From NCBI GenBank assembly GCA_963742415.1, contig CAVULX010000003.1, positions 896,001 through 960,000 of the forward strand: 64,000 nt of DNA. The letters are read 5' to 3'. Shown in pieces: positions 47,413 to 57,111 of this stretch. Source of the DNA: an uncultured Parachlamydiaceae bacterium (lineage in GTDB: Bacteria > Chlamydiota > Chlamydiia > Chlamydiales > Parachlamydiaceae). A model generated the notes under the pieces. That model was not told where the DNA came from. It saw nothing but the letters and a program-made list of their open reading frames with translations, and did no database searches. The position numbers and the translations under genes are program-made. Position 1 is the stretch's first letter. Every line of letters begins with the position of its first letter.

Positions 47413-47925
47413 TCAAATAGAGTTGAAATGGGTTTCCGCGTACTTGATTGTTTGGATTAGTATTAAGGGATTGCTTGGGATAGAGATAAATCCAAAGCGC
47501 TCATAAAATGCTTTAGCTTTTTCATGTTTTGCGTCGATAATGATTACACTTCCGCCGATTTGAGAGGCCTGATCCAAACATTTTTTTAAAGCATGAATAA
47601 AAAGAATTTGACCGATGCCTTTACCTTGGAAGCCTTGATCTACAGCCAAACGACATATTCTAAAGGCAGGGATAGGGTTCGGTTTTGGTCCTGTTAAAAA
47701 TTTTTTAGACAATAAATGACTTTGAATACAAGCTGGGCAAAGAGTATAAAAACCGATTACTCTTTTACTTGGATCATCCTTATTAACAAAAGTCACTGTT
47801 ACTCCAAAGTGTCGCCGTTGGAATAACAAAGCTGTGTTTTTTAAAAAGGAATTAAGTTCTAATTCGCCACAATCAAATTGTTGTATGCAGGATTCTTCAT
47901 TAATCAAACTAGCATCTAGGTGCAT
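47413..47925 (-). CDS. GNAT acetyltransferase toxin (TacT/AtaT type)
   Basis: FDCGELELNSFL, IGFYTL, RLAVDQGFQGKGIG, DAK..AKAFYERFGF; overlaps the upstream DUF1778 gene. Confidence 0.9.
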   Translation of the reverse strand: MHLDASLINEESCIQQFDCGELELNSFLKNTALLFQRRHFGVTVTFVNKDDPSKRVIGFYTLCPACIQSHLLSKKFLTGPKPNPIPAFRICRLAVDQGFQGKGIGQILFIHALKKCLDQASQIGGSVIIIDAKHEKAKAFYERFGFISIPSNPLILIQTIKYAETHFNSI

Positions 47926-48212
47926 TTTCCGAATCGCTTGTGAAAATGCTTAATGGCTTTTTTTAGGTTCTGATTAATCTTGATAGGTTTTTCCATTATA
48001 CCTATGAAACATTCCCAATCTGTTTCACTTAAAACAAGAGTATTGAGCTCGTTCAACTTATTAATGTCCTTTTGGGCAGCTTCGAGTAATTTTTGACGAG
48101 CGTAAGTATTCGGCTTGAGACCGCTCAGTCTGGCTGCAGTTTCAATGATTTGTTTATCATGAGATGACATTCTAAAATTAAGATTGTTATCCATGGAAGA
48201 GTGTGTAGACAT
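47916..48212 (-). CDS. DUF1778 ribbon-helix-helix antitoxin (TacA/AtaR type)
   Basis: LNFRMS..DKQIIETAARLSG, LVLSETDWECF..P..NQNLKKA. Confidence 0.9.
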   Translation of the reverse strand: MSTHSSMDNNLNFRMSSHDKQIIETAARLSGLKPNTYARQKLLEAAQKDINKLNELNTLVLSETDWECFIGIMEKPIKINQNLKKAIKHFHKRFGKCT

Positions 48213-48235
48213 AAATTTAATCCCAACTTTTCACT

Positions 48236-48268
48236 ATATTATATAAAATGTAATGCAATGTCAATACA
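48236..48268 (-). promoter_or_regulatory. TA operon promoter with an inverted-repeat operator
   Basis: Minus strand TTGACA (48264-48259) then TATAAT/TAATAT at 15/17 nt; TGTATTG-N6-CATTACA imperfect palindrome covers the -35. Confidence 0.6.
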
Positions 48269-48287
48269 ATTCTAACAATATCAATTA

Positions 48288-49810
48288 TCAGAAGCGAACG
48301 GTCATATCGGCGCCGAAGATGATCGTGCCTTGACGTTTGCCAAGGTCAAAGGCGCGGTGTTGCCAATTGCGGTAATAACCAATTTCGGGGCGGATTTGGA
48401 CAATTTCATTGAAGTTATAGGTCAATCCAATGGCATGGCTTGTATAGGTTCCCTTGAAACCCGATCGCTCACCATCTGCATCTCGCCAAACTTCATTGCG
48501 GACGGTGATAAAGCTCTTTATCGGAAAACTTGAACATGGTGTAGTTAACCACGCCATAAGTCCATGTGGTTCCGGGAATATTGGGGCCGATCCCGCCGCC
48601 TCCACCAAAGGATTCAGCAGGACCTGCACTGGGCGTACCTCCTACAACGGCATCGCGCTGCCACATGAAATAGCCTTCGGTTTTGGTGTGGATATCATCA
48701 TTGAATTTATGCTGCCATGTACCGACCAGATAATTGAAGTTATCATGACCCAATCGCTGTCCATACATATGGAAGCGGCGAAACTTGGCGCTATTGATGG
48801 AATTCAGCACCAGGTAGATGGAATCATTGTTGTCACATGAAACCCAGCGCACGCCAAACATGCCTGTCGGAACGGCTCCCTTATACCAGGGAGCCATGTC
48901 CGTTCCTGCGTGAATGGCTGCTTGAACTGTCCAGTATTTATTAAGCATGATTGTCAGCCATCACCCCTGTTTGAGTATAGGTGTCAAAGGTAAAAAGTAT
49001 GGAATGGGTTCCCATGTAATTGTCTGGAGCAAATTGCGTTTCAATATCGGGACAAGCGATCCATCGTCCGACGCGTACAATCATTCCTTGGGCCACCCAA
49101 GGAGTATAAATGTCGATATATTGTTCTGTGAAATCATACCCATACAGATTGTTATGTTTTAATAATTGGGCGCTTGTCCACCCTCCGGCAGTCATATAGC
49201 GATAATCGATTCCATATAAGAAGGTGGAACGAAAACCAATGTCGATGTGATCTGTCTGGACAGAATCGACTTGTCTTTCAAGACGGAAATACAAATTGAT
49301 CTAGTTCAACTCTGATTGGGGACAATCCAGTAGGAATCGGGGGAATTCGAATTTTTGCAGTTGCTGAGGTTTCCGGAACCATTGACCCATCCATAGGCTT
49401 TGAACGCTGCTTTTTTTGATCGCCTCCCCCCAGGGAGTTTTATAGATGGCTTTCATCAAGGGATAGACGGTATCGCTCGGCGGCACTCCAACTAAAGGAT
49501 AGCCTTGATATTCGCCGGATGGAAATGGTGGAGAGGGAAAGGGGGCAGGCAGTGCACGCCTGGGAGGTTCTTTGTCTTCAGACTTTTCATCTTTTTTCTC
49601 ATTTTGCTCTTGGCTCTTACACTCAGCTTGCTGGCCAACCTGATAGTCCTTGTCCCAACTTCTGAATGAAAAGCTCCCATCGGTGCATTCGACAAAATAC
49701 CCATCCGTCACTTCTTCAATTTCTTCAGCTCCAATTTTTGCAGCTACGAACATCGAGATGATAAGGAACGAGGCTAACCAGCATGTGTTTTTAAATAAGG
49801 TGATTCTCAT
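48288..49810 (-). pseudogene. Outer-membrane beta-barrel porin (DUF1597/bbp2-like), multiply frameshifted
   Basis: Signal peptide, then consecutive fragments in different frames (FRLERQVD, GIDYRY, IVRVGRW, HAIGLTYN, IRPEIGY) ending in terminal Phe; about four shifts. Confidence 0.75.
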
Positions 49811-49938
49811 ATTTCTCCTACGGATAGAAAATGAACACTTTAAAAAATTTGTTGAGTTTTTGTATAGCGAAATGCATTGAAAAAGCGTTCACAATATGCT
49901 ATTCTCTGGTTATTAATGATTGATCCTCATAGGTTTGA

Positions 49939-50901
49939 ATGATTCTGCCAAAAAAGCTCCAAGATGCCATCATCATAGAAACAGAAAAATTTCGTTTTGA
50001 AGAGATTCTGGAAGCGCGGGAAGAGCTCACCTCCAGGTATCGTGGTCGCCATCAAAAAACCGATTTCATGTCGACAGGAGCGGAGCGGTGTGCCTACATC
50101 GCTGCCCGCATGCCTGCAACTTTTGCTGTGATCTGCCGCGTGATGCATGAAATTCGGCTGCAGGTTCCGGAAATGAATTTTTCAAGTGTTTTGGATCTAG
50201 GTGCTGGACCTGGCTCGGTGATGTGGGCTGTCTCCGAGATTGTTCCTGAAGTTTCCCAATTTACTTTAGTAGAAAAAGATGTCGAACTCATGAAGCTGGG
50301 CCAACGTTTAGCGGCCCATTCGGAACATCCCGCAATTCGAAACGGAGATTGGCAGCTTGGAAATCTTGAACAAAGCCAGGCTTTTCCTTTGCATGATCTT
50401 GTTACCCTTTCTTATTCCATCGGAGAATTACCTTCCGCGGCTATCGAGTTATTGATCGAGAGGAGTTGGGAAGCGGCGAAGCAGTTTTTGGTAGTGATCG
50501 AGCCTGGAACCCCAGCGGGTTTCGAAAGAATACGCTCTATTCGGGCTAATCTTTTGGGCTGGGGGGGCTATCTGGTAGCTCCTTGCCCTCATCCTTTGGC
50601 TTGTCCGATGGAGGGGAAAGATTGGTGCCATTTTTCAGAGAGGGTTGAACGTTCTTCACTTCATCGCCGTCTAAAAGGGGGATCTTTTGGACACGAGGAC
50701 GAGAAATTTTCCTACGTTGTTTTTTCAAAGACCCCTGTTTCCCTCCCTAAAGCACGGATTTTGCGCCATCCTCTAAAAAGGACAGGACATGTGGTTTTGA
50801 ATCTGTGCACTTCGGATGGGATCAAGCAAGAGACCATTTCTAAGAGGGATCCCGAGTCTTATAAAAAGGCACGAAAGCTGGATTGGGGATCTGCAATCTA
50901 G
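49939..50901 (+). CDS. Rsm22/METTL17-family SAM-dependent methyltransferase
   Basis: AYIAARMPATFA, VLDLGAGPG, IEPGTPAGF, APCPH..CP..WCHF, EDEKFSY. Confidence 0.9.
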   Translation: MILPKKLQDAIIIETEKFRFEEILEAREELTSRYRGRHQKTDFMSTGAERCAYIAARMPATFAVICRVMHEIRLQVPEMNFSSVLDLGAGPGSVMWAVSEIVPEVSQFTLVEKDVELMKLGQRLAAHSEHPAIRNGDWQLGNLEQSQAFPLHDLVTLSYSIGELPSAAIELLIERSWEAAKQFLVVIEPGTPAGFERIRSIRANLLGWGGYLVAPCPHPLACPMEGKDWCHFSERVERSSLHRRLKGGSFGHEDEKFSYVVFSKTPVSLPKARILRHPLKRTGHVVLNLCTSDGIKQETISKRDPESYKKARKLDWGSAI

Positions 50902-50920
50902 ATGTACTGCAGGTCAAAGG

Positions 50921-52447
50921 CTAACCGCGGTGCATTTTGGGGTCGAGTACATCGCGGAGGGCGTCGCCGACGAGGGCGATGGCGACGAGCAAGATTGTCA
51001 GCAAAATCGCTGGAGGCCACAGGAGATAGCTTTCCCCAGGAAAGACGGAACGCCCTTCATCCATGAGGACGCCCCAAGAGCAGGAGCCCTCTTCACCTAA
51101 TCCTAGGAAAGACAATCCCGCTTCGCTAGTAATGGCGCCCATAATCGCAAAAGGGAGCAGTGTCAAAAGGGGGGGGATGGCGTTGGGCAAGATGTGGCGG
51201 AACATAATGTAATTATCATTGAACCCCAATGAATAACATGCTTCCACATAAGGCAGGTTGCGCTGCTTAAAGAATTCCCCCCGGATGTAGCGGCTGAAGC
51301 CGGTCCAACCAAAAATTCCGATGACAGCAATGACCAGAAAAATCGATTTACTTTGGGTAATAGCAACCACGAGCAATAGCATAAAAAATGTCGGCATCGA
51401 TTCCCAAATTTCCAGCATGCGGCTGACGATGATGTCAAATTTCCCTCCATAATATCCTGCAAAAGCTCCGATGGGAATTCCGATGGAAAGCGCAATCGAG
51501 ACCGCGATGATGCCGACCACTAAGGAAATGCGGGTGCCGAAAATCAACGCTGCAACGAGATCTTTTCGATTGATGCGCGTGACTTCCCACCAGGGGATAA
51601 GTTGATTTAAAGACATCGACCCTCCGGCGTCATCTTCCCAATGGAAGTTCCGAAGTAAAGGCATCGCCTCATAATGCAATAAAGGCATTTGTTCGTTGAT
51701 CCATCTCTGCCGATCGAGGATATACTTTAAAATAGCTTCAGCCATTTTGTATTGAGCAGATCCCGGGGGTTCCTGTTTCAAGATAGCTTCTTGAGTTTCT
51801 ATGTGTCTTTGCTGATTGTTTTGTTCCATTTGCCAAAGGGTTGGAACTGAATTTTTGAAATCTTTTTTAGCTGTAAATTTCGTTAAGCGGCGGTGTTGAT
51901 TTAACTCTAATTGTTCCCTGAGGACTAAATTGAGTTTGGCGTAAGGGGTCATGTAAGCGAGTTCTAGGTTCCAGTCCGGGTAGGGATGGCTTTGCAGTAT
52001 TTTGAGGTAATCTTCAGTCAATCTAACATTGGCTGCAGGATCTTTAGGGGGAGATACGATAAGCCATATAAAAAGTCCACATTGGATAAAGGTTGCCGCG
52101 AGAAAAACGGATGCCCATCCTTTGTTTTTGTTTTTAGTTGCGATGAGGGCGATCAAAGCGGCAGGGAGGGTGAACATCATCAAATTAAAAAAGAGGTCTA
52201 ATCTTTTTGTAAAAAATCCTGGATAAAACAGGTAGCGGAATAAAGGGAAATACCACTCGCCGTTATAATCAACCCAGAGAGGCTTGCTGGAAGCCAAAAA
52301 AGGGGCATAAATCCCCATGCAAGCAAACAAAAGAACCACAAAGAAGGCGCAATAGCCCAAGCGCCGTTTTTGAAACTGGCTCCATAATGACGCCCAATAA
52401 CTCTTTTGTTCTTTTAGTCTTGTTTCACTTATGTTCATGTCATTCAT
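50921..52447 (-). CDS. oppC: Oligopeptide ABC permease OppC/DppC
   Basis: GTRISLVVG, EAA-like loop YVEACYSLG..FRHILPN, LVGDALRDVLDP. Confidence 0.9.
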   Translation of the reverse strand: MNDMNISETRLKEQKSYWASLWSQFQKRRLGYCAFFVVLLFACMGIYAPFLASSKPLWVDYNGEWYFPLFRYLFYPGFFTKRLDLFFNLMMFTLPAALIALIATKNKNKGWASVFLAATFIQCGLFIWLIVSPPKDPAANVRLTEDYLKILQSHPYPDWNLELAYMTPYAKLNLVLREQLELNQHRRLTKFTAKKDFKNSVPTLWQMEQNNQQRHIETQEAILKQEPPGSAQYKMAEAILKYILDRQRWINEQMPLLHYEAMPLLRNFHWEDDAGGSMSLNQLIPWWEVTRINRKDLVAALIFGTRISLVVGIIAVSIALSIGIPIGAFAGYYGGKFDIIVSRMLEIWESMPTFFMLLLVVAITQSKSIFLVIAVIGIFGWTGFSRYIRGEFFKQRNLPYVEACYSLGFNDNYIMFRHILPNAIPPLLTLLPFAIMGAITSEAGLSFLGLGEEGSCSWGVLMDEGRSVFPGESYLLWPPAILLTILLVAIALVGDALRDVLDPKMHRG

Positions 52448-53946
52448 TCCAATGTTAGGCGGGGGTCTAATAGTGTATAAGCCAAGTCTGCGGCTAGGAA
52501 CCCCAAAAGGGACAAAAAGGATCCTGCCAGGGCAGAAAACATGATCACATTGTAATCCCTGTTCACGACAGCGTCGTAAAAGAATTTCCCGAAGCCATTG
52601 ATATCAAAAAGGGTTTCGACGATGAGAGATCCCCCTAACACAATTCCCAATGAGCTTGCAATGGATGTCACGATGGTAATGGCGGCATTCCGTCCTACGT
52701 GCTTGACTAAGATTGTGGAGGTGGGAAGCCCCTTGGCTTTTGCTGTCCGCACATAGTCTTGACGCATGACTTCGAGGATGGCTGTGCGGGAAAGGCGGGA
52801 TTGTGCGGCCAAGCTGCCGTAAAGGATGGCAACCAGGGGGAGAAAAATATGGCGTAGGACATCAAAAAGCCGTTCTATTGTCGTTTCTTGGTTGTAAACA
52901 CTTTCAGAGCTTGTGAAGCCGCTGAGGGGGATAGGGATGCCGGTGAAGGGAAAATGGTGTTTGAGTGCAATTTCTTCGATTAAAAAGGGGGCGACAACAA
53001 AGACGGGAATCGCGTAAAAAACCAGGAATATCACGTTTAAGCTATAGTCTGGCCACATACTTTGATAGTAGGCCATGCACATTCCAAAAATTTGGCAAAG
53101 GAAGAAGGTGATGACCATAGGGATTAATGACAACGTTAAAGAATATTTGAACCGCTTGACCACCTCTTGGATCACTGTTTTATTTTCGTCGTTGCGGAGA
53201 GTGCCGAAATTCAAGGTTAATACGCGGCTGAGATAGCGGTAAAAACGGGTTTCGGTAAAAAATATTCCGACCTTTTGCCTAAATGTAGGCTCGAAGTTAT
53301 AGTAGAGTTTGTTGTTGTCATACCATTGATGCAGAGCTTGAATTTTTTTTTCAGCCTCAGCAGGGGAATCATTGGGTGAAACAACGGAAGAGGCTAAAAA
53401 ATTATTCTCCTTTCCAATTTTTCTATTATAGGTTTTCTGCTCTTCTGTTAAATCGGGGCCAAGGTAAGCTTGCCGGGTGCCCCCTCGAACAAAAAAACGG
53501 GTGGCCATTCTCCGGATATCCATGCTCGAATGAGGGTCTCGCATGCTATGAAGGAGCTTAGGCATAACAAAGCGGGCCTGATCGCCAAATTTGAGCCGCA
53601 AGGCATCGTAATCTTTAACTTTCATTTCAGATGTAGCTTGGGGACTCTCTTTTCTAAAAGTCAATTTCCATAAACGCTCGTTGACTGTTTGTTGAGAGAT
53701 GGAAGGCCAAGTATTAAAAAGAATAGGCAATGTGAGTCCGTAGTGTTCCCGGAATTGAAGGTACCGGTCGTCGCTGCCGAAGGCCACAGCATGGTCTTCC
53801 CTTCTGGCAAGGTTTCCTTCAGCGGTAATTTGAGTGAGGGTGACAGGATCTCCTGGGGCTAGATTGATGATCACGAAGTTAACGAGGACAATGCAAAATA
53901 AAGTCAAAGGCAAAAGCAACATTCTTCTGATGACGTAATTAAGCAT
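52444..53946 (-). CDS. oppB: Oligopeptide ABC permease OppB/DppB
   Basis: YVIRR..APGDP, QDYVRTAKAKGL, IVETLF, DLAYTLLDPR. Confidence 0.9.
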   Translation of the reverse strand: MLNYVIRRMLLLPLTLFCIVLVNFVIINLAPGDPVTLTQITAEGNLARREDHAVAFGSDDRYLQFREHYGLTLPILFNTWPSISQQTVNERLWKLTFRKESPQATSEMKVKDYDALRLKFGDQARFVMPKLLHSMRDPHSSMDIRRMATRFFVRGGTRQAYLGPDLTEEQKTYNRKIGKENNFLASSVVSPNDSPAEAEKKIQALHQWYDNNKLYYNFEPTFRQKVGIFFTETRFYRYLSRVLTLNFGTLRNDENKTVIQEVVKRFKYSLTLSLIPMVITFFLCQIFGMCMAYYQSMWPDYSLNVIFLVFYAIPVFVVAPFLIEEIALKHHFPFTGIPIPLSGFTSSESVYNQETTIERLFDVLRHIFLPLVAILYGSLAAQSRLSRTAILEVMRQDYVRTAKAKGLPTSTILVKHVGRNAAITIVTSIASSLGIVLGGSLIVETLFDINGFGKFFYDAVVNRDYNVIMFSALAGSFLSLLGFLAADLAYTLLDPRLTLE

Positions 53947-53964
53947 ATCTTTGACGTCTTACAT

Positions 53965-56061
53965 TTATTCTGGGCTTTTAAGCCAAAAAACACTGCTAAT
54001 AGGTTCGGCGATATTGGCGCCGGGAACTAAATCTTGCCGATCCGCAGGGATAAACACATTCTGGACATACTCTCGATACAGCAAAGCGGTCTTTGGGGAG
54101 TACAGAAATGTATAGGGTTGTTCCTCGTGTAAAATTCGGTCAAAACGGTGATAGAGTTTGATTCTCGTTGTCCGATCGTATTCATATTGTAGAGTGCTAA
54201 TGATAGAGTCTGCTTCGGCATTGGAGAAGCCAACAGAATTGGAGGATCCCTTTTCTTTAGCACCGAAAGAGGACCAGAGTTGTTTCGGATCTTCGGGGGG
54301 TGTTCCTAAGGCCCAAGCCATCATTAATGCATCAAAGCTTTTATCTTCAAATGCATTGGTCAGGTCGGCGACATCCACTCCATTCAAATTGCATGCGATT
54401 CCGACCTCTTTTAAAGCCGTGGCGATATATTCACAGATGGCTTTGCCTGTTGTGCTTTTGACATAATAAGTTAAGGTGAATTGAAAAGGGACCAGCTTCC
54501 CGTCGATCATTTTATCGATGATCCCATCGCCATTATGGTCGATCCAACCCTCCTCTTGCAGATTGCGCCGCGCTTGCATCAAATCGAAGGGCCAAGGCTC
54601 TATTGAAGGATCGTAAGAGGGGGAATTTTTAAAAAAGGTTCCCGTCACTTCCACTCCCATCCCATTTAAAAATTCCCGTATAATCCTTTGCCTGTCGATC
54701 GCCATGGTGAGAGCTTGCCGGACTTTTTTGCTTTTGAAAAAAGGTTTTGCTTGGTTCCATCCCACATAGGCGTATTGCCGAGCTAAATAATCCAATCTTT
54801 TGATGGCGGCCCCACTCTTTTTTTGTTTTGCGTAAAGGTCTGAATTTAGAAATTGTTCAAGTTCAACTACTTGTGTTGGCTGCAAGTTATAAGTGTCGGT
54901 TTTATTGGCTTTAAAGTCTTGCCAGATGATGTCAACAGAGTCTTTAAACTGGTTTTCAGATCTTTCTGATAAGACGTCCAGGGGAAAATAAAAATCGGGA
55001 TTCCGTTGAAAGTTAATTTGCCGGTCTGTCATTTTTTCAAAGGTCCAACCGCCGCAGCTGGGTAAAATATTTTTAGCCCAATGTTGGGTAAAATTTTGAG
55101 CCCATACGGAGCTTGTCCGGTATGCGGCAGGATCGGTATCGTCTTCGATAATTTTTTTCCCATCAGGAAAGTATTTGTAAAGGAAAGATGCCAAGGGGCG
55201 CAAGCCGCCGGTCAATGATTTTGCGATATATTTGATTTTTGGAACTTTCTTGCCATCTTCCTCCACATCTACCGTTTTCCATCGTACGATAAAAGTGAGG
55301 TCGTCGATCACTTCGATTTCTTCTATATCACCAAAATATGTTCTTTCAGAAACAGCGCCAGGTTCTTGATTGTAAGGATTCATTAATGCATCGAAATAAA
55401 ATTTAAAGTCGTGGGCTGTGACAGGATGTTTTTGAATGAAATGGGGGGCCAGTTGAAAATCGGGAGTAAACATCTCTTTCGACAAAGGCTGCCAGAACAT
55501 CCCTTCCCGCAAGTGGACCCAAAACTCGGGCACATCCATGTCTTTCCGTTTGCGCATTTCCATTTTGATGGCCATTTCGGGGGAGTAGGTTTCATATTTT
55601 CCAAATAATAAGCGGGAAACGTTTCCGCAGCATATTCCTCGCCATGTGGATACCTCGACCCAATTATTAAAAGGGTGCAAATTATTGGGTTTTCCCAACG
55701 TATCAGACTGGAGTGTTCCATGGGGAGCAAAATGGGGGGGGAGCAGCTTGGGTAGCGTTTGGCTGTAAAAAGGATCTTCCTCGAGTATATTGGGAATGGT
55801 GGGGTCCATGTGGGGACGGGAGGAAGCCGTTGACATGGGATTTGAGGAGGAGCTGGGTGTTGTGTTTGTTGAAAATGTTTTTGACTTTAAGTCCGATTTT
55901 AATTCGGAAACATTTCTTTTTAAGCGGTTTACATCTTCTTTGATCGTTCTAACATTTTCTTCGATTAAAAGTGAGGACCAATAGAGCATCCCCATAAACG
56001 CGAGCAAGCCGAATCCCATGATATAGCGAAAAATGTAGAGGCTGATAGGTTCTTTTTCCAT
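53965..56061 (-). CDS. oppA: Oligopeptide ABC substrate-binding protein (family 5), membrane anchored
   Basis: HPVTAHDFKF, KKVRQALTMAIDR, HEEQPYTFLY; N-terminal TM; ATG 56061 preferred as start. Confidence 0.88.
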   Translation of the reverse strand: MEKEPISLYIFRYIMGFGLLAFMGMLYWSSLLIEENVRTIKEDVNRLKRNVSELKSDLKSKTFSTNTTPSSSSNPMSTASSRPHMDPTIPNILEEDPFYSQTLPKLLPPHFAPHGTLQSDTLGKPNNLHPFNNWVEVSTWRGICCGNVSRLLFGKYETYSPEMAIKMEMRKRKDMDVPEFWVHLREGMFWQPLSKEMFTPDFQLAPHFIQKHPVTAHDFKFYFDALMNPYNQEPGAVSERTYFGDIEEIEVIDDLTFIVRWKTVDVEEDGKKVPKIKYIAKSLTGGLRPLASFLYKYFPDGKKIIEDDTDPAAYRTSSVWAQNFTQHWAKNILPSCGGWTFEKMTDRQINFQRNPDFYFPLDVLSERSENQFKDSVDIIWQDFKANKTDTYNLQPTQVVELEQFLNSDLYAKQKKSGAAIKRLDYLARQYAYVGWNQAKPFFKSKKVRQALTMAIDRQRIIREFLNGMGVEVTGTFFKNSPSYDPSIEPWPFDLMQARRNLQEEGWIDHNGDGIIDKMIDGKLVPFQFTLTYYVKSTTGKAICEYIATALKEVGIACNLNGVDVADLTNAFEDKSFDALMMAWALGTPPEDPKQLWSSFGAKEKGSSNSVGFSNAEADSIISTLQYEYDRTTRIKLYHRFDRILHEEQPYTFLYSPKTALLYREYVQNVFIPADRQDLVPGANIAEPISSVFWLKSPE

Positions 56062-56111
56062 ATGGCTTAATAACCCAACTTTGTTCAATGTGTATTGTTA
56101 TAAATAATTGA

Positions 56112-56804
56112 CTAATAGATCACAAGATGATAATGGGCAGGAGCTTGGGAATTCAAAATAAGATGGGGAATGAGATCTAATTCGGCCAATCCTCTGAGCA
56201 ATGCTAATGCTCCTACAATCAAGGCACTGCACCCCATGATGGCTTGGTAATATCGACCTATATTTTGGAAAAGGTGGTAGGCCTGCATCGCTAGGATTAA
56301 GGCAGGCGAGGTAAGGAAGGCCAAGGCAAAGCCGTTGAGCAATCCGATCAAAGGATCGCCGTACAGGGCGCAAGCCGAAAAGACGATAAGGGTTTGACCG
56401 CAAGGGAGAATCACGGTGAAAAAACCGAATAAAAAGGAGGGCCAAGGTTGATCTTGCAGCATCAAAAGGGATAAGCGGTTGCCCGCTTTCGAGAATTTTT
56501 TTGCTATATATTGAGATCCGGGAAAAGAGCGTCCATTGAGTGTAAAGATCCCTAATAACAAAAGGAGCGAGCCGAAAATAAAACTCATTAAGGCAGGAAT
56601 ATGATGGGCTTTAAGGGCAATGTTGATGACCGAGCCAAGCTCCCCGGCCAAAAACCCTGCAAGGGCATAGGAGAGCATTCTTCCTAAAAAATAGAGGTAG
56701 CGGAACCGGTGGCGGCCAATCATCATGACGAGGGGGCCGCACATTCCCAAGCAATGGAAGTTGCCGAAAAGGTAGATGGGCAGCATTGTCAAGAAGAGGA
56801 TCAT
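56112..56804 (-). CDS. DsbD_2 / sulfite exporter TauE-SafE-like membrane protein
   Basis: HCLGMCGP, GRMLSY, LPCG motifs. Confidence 0.85.
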   Translation of the reverse strand: MILFLTMLPIYLFGNFHCLGMCGPLVMMIGRHRFRYLYFLGRMLSYALAGFLAGELGSVINIALKAHHIPALMSFIFGSLLLLLGIFTLNGRSFPGSQYIAKKFSKAGNRLSLLMLQDQPWPSFLFGFFTVILPCGQTLIVFSACALYGDPLIGLLNGFALAFLTSPALILAMQAYHLFQNIGRYYQAIMGCSALIVGALALLRGLAELDLIPHLILNSQAPAHYHLVIY

Positions 56805-57007
56805 TCGGAAGGGGCCCTTTCAGCGAGAGCTTGTTGTTTTACTTCAAGGCGAATTTTTTGGATTTGGGACATATCCAAACCGGTGAATCCAGAAGGCCTA
56901 AGATAGGCCAACGCTGTTGCTGCAAAGAGGATACCTAAAAATAAAAATAAGATCCCAGAGGCGATCTTTTGAAAAATCCGTAATTTTTGAAAGGTGGTGG
57001 GGTTCAT
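56801..57007 (-). CDS. Small membrane protein
   Basis: 68 aa, one TM helix, ATGA overlap with the downstream gene. Confidence 0.55.
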   Translation of the reverse strand: MNPTTFQKLRIFQKIASGILFLFLGILFAATALAYLRPSGFTGLDMSQIQKIRLEVKQQALAERAPSE

Positions 57008-57111
57008 GTAAATGCGCAGATTTATTTAAAATTTTTTATCACCTTGTTGCCGCTTGCTACTATTAAACTTTTATGTAAGATATAAAGTAAAGAACATATT
57101 TGAGAGATTTT

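Noticed and set aside
46757..49900. Intact integrative element or prophage at tRNA-Ser
   Set aside because: No integrase or phage genes, and I did not find a duplicated tRNA 3' end.
50921..56061. opp cluster lacking oppD/F ATPase genes
   Set aside because: Chlamydial opp/dpp genes are commonly dispersed; the ATPases are probably encoded elsewhere.
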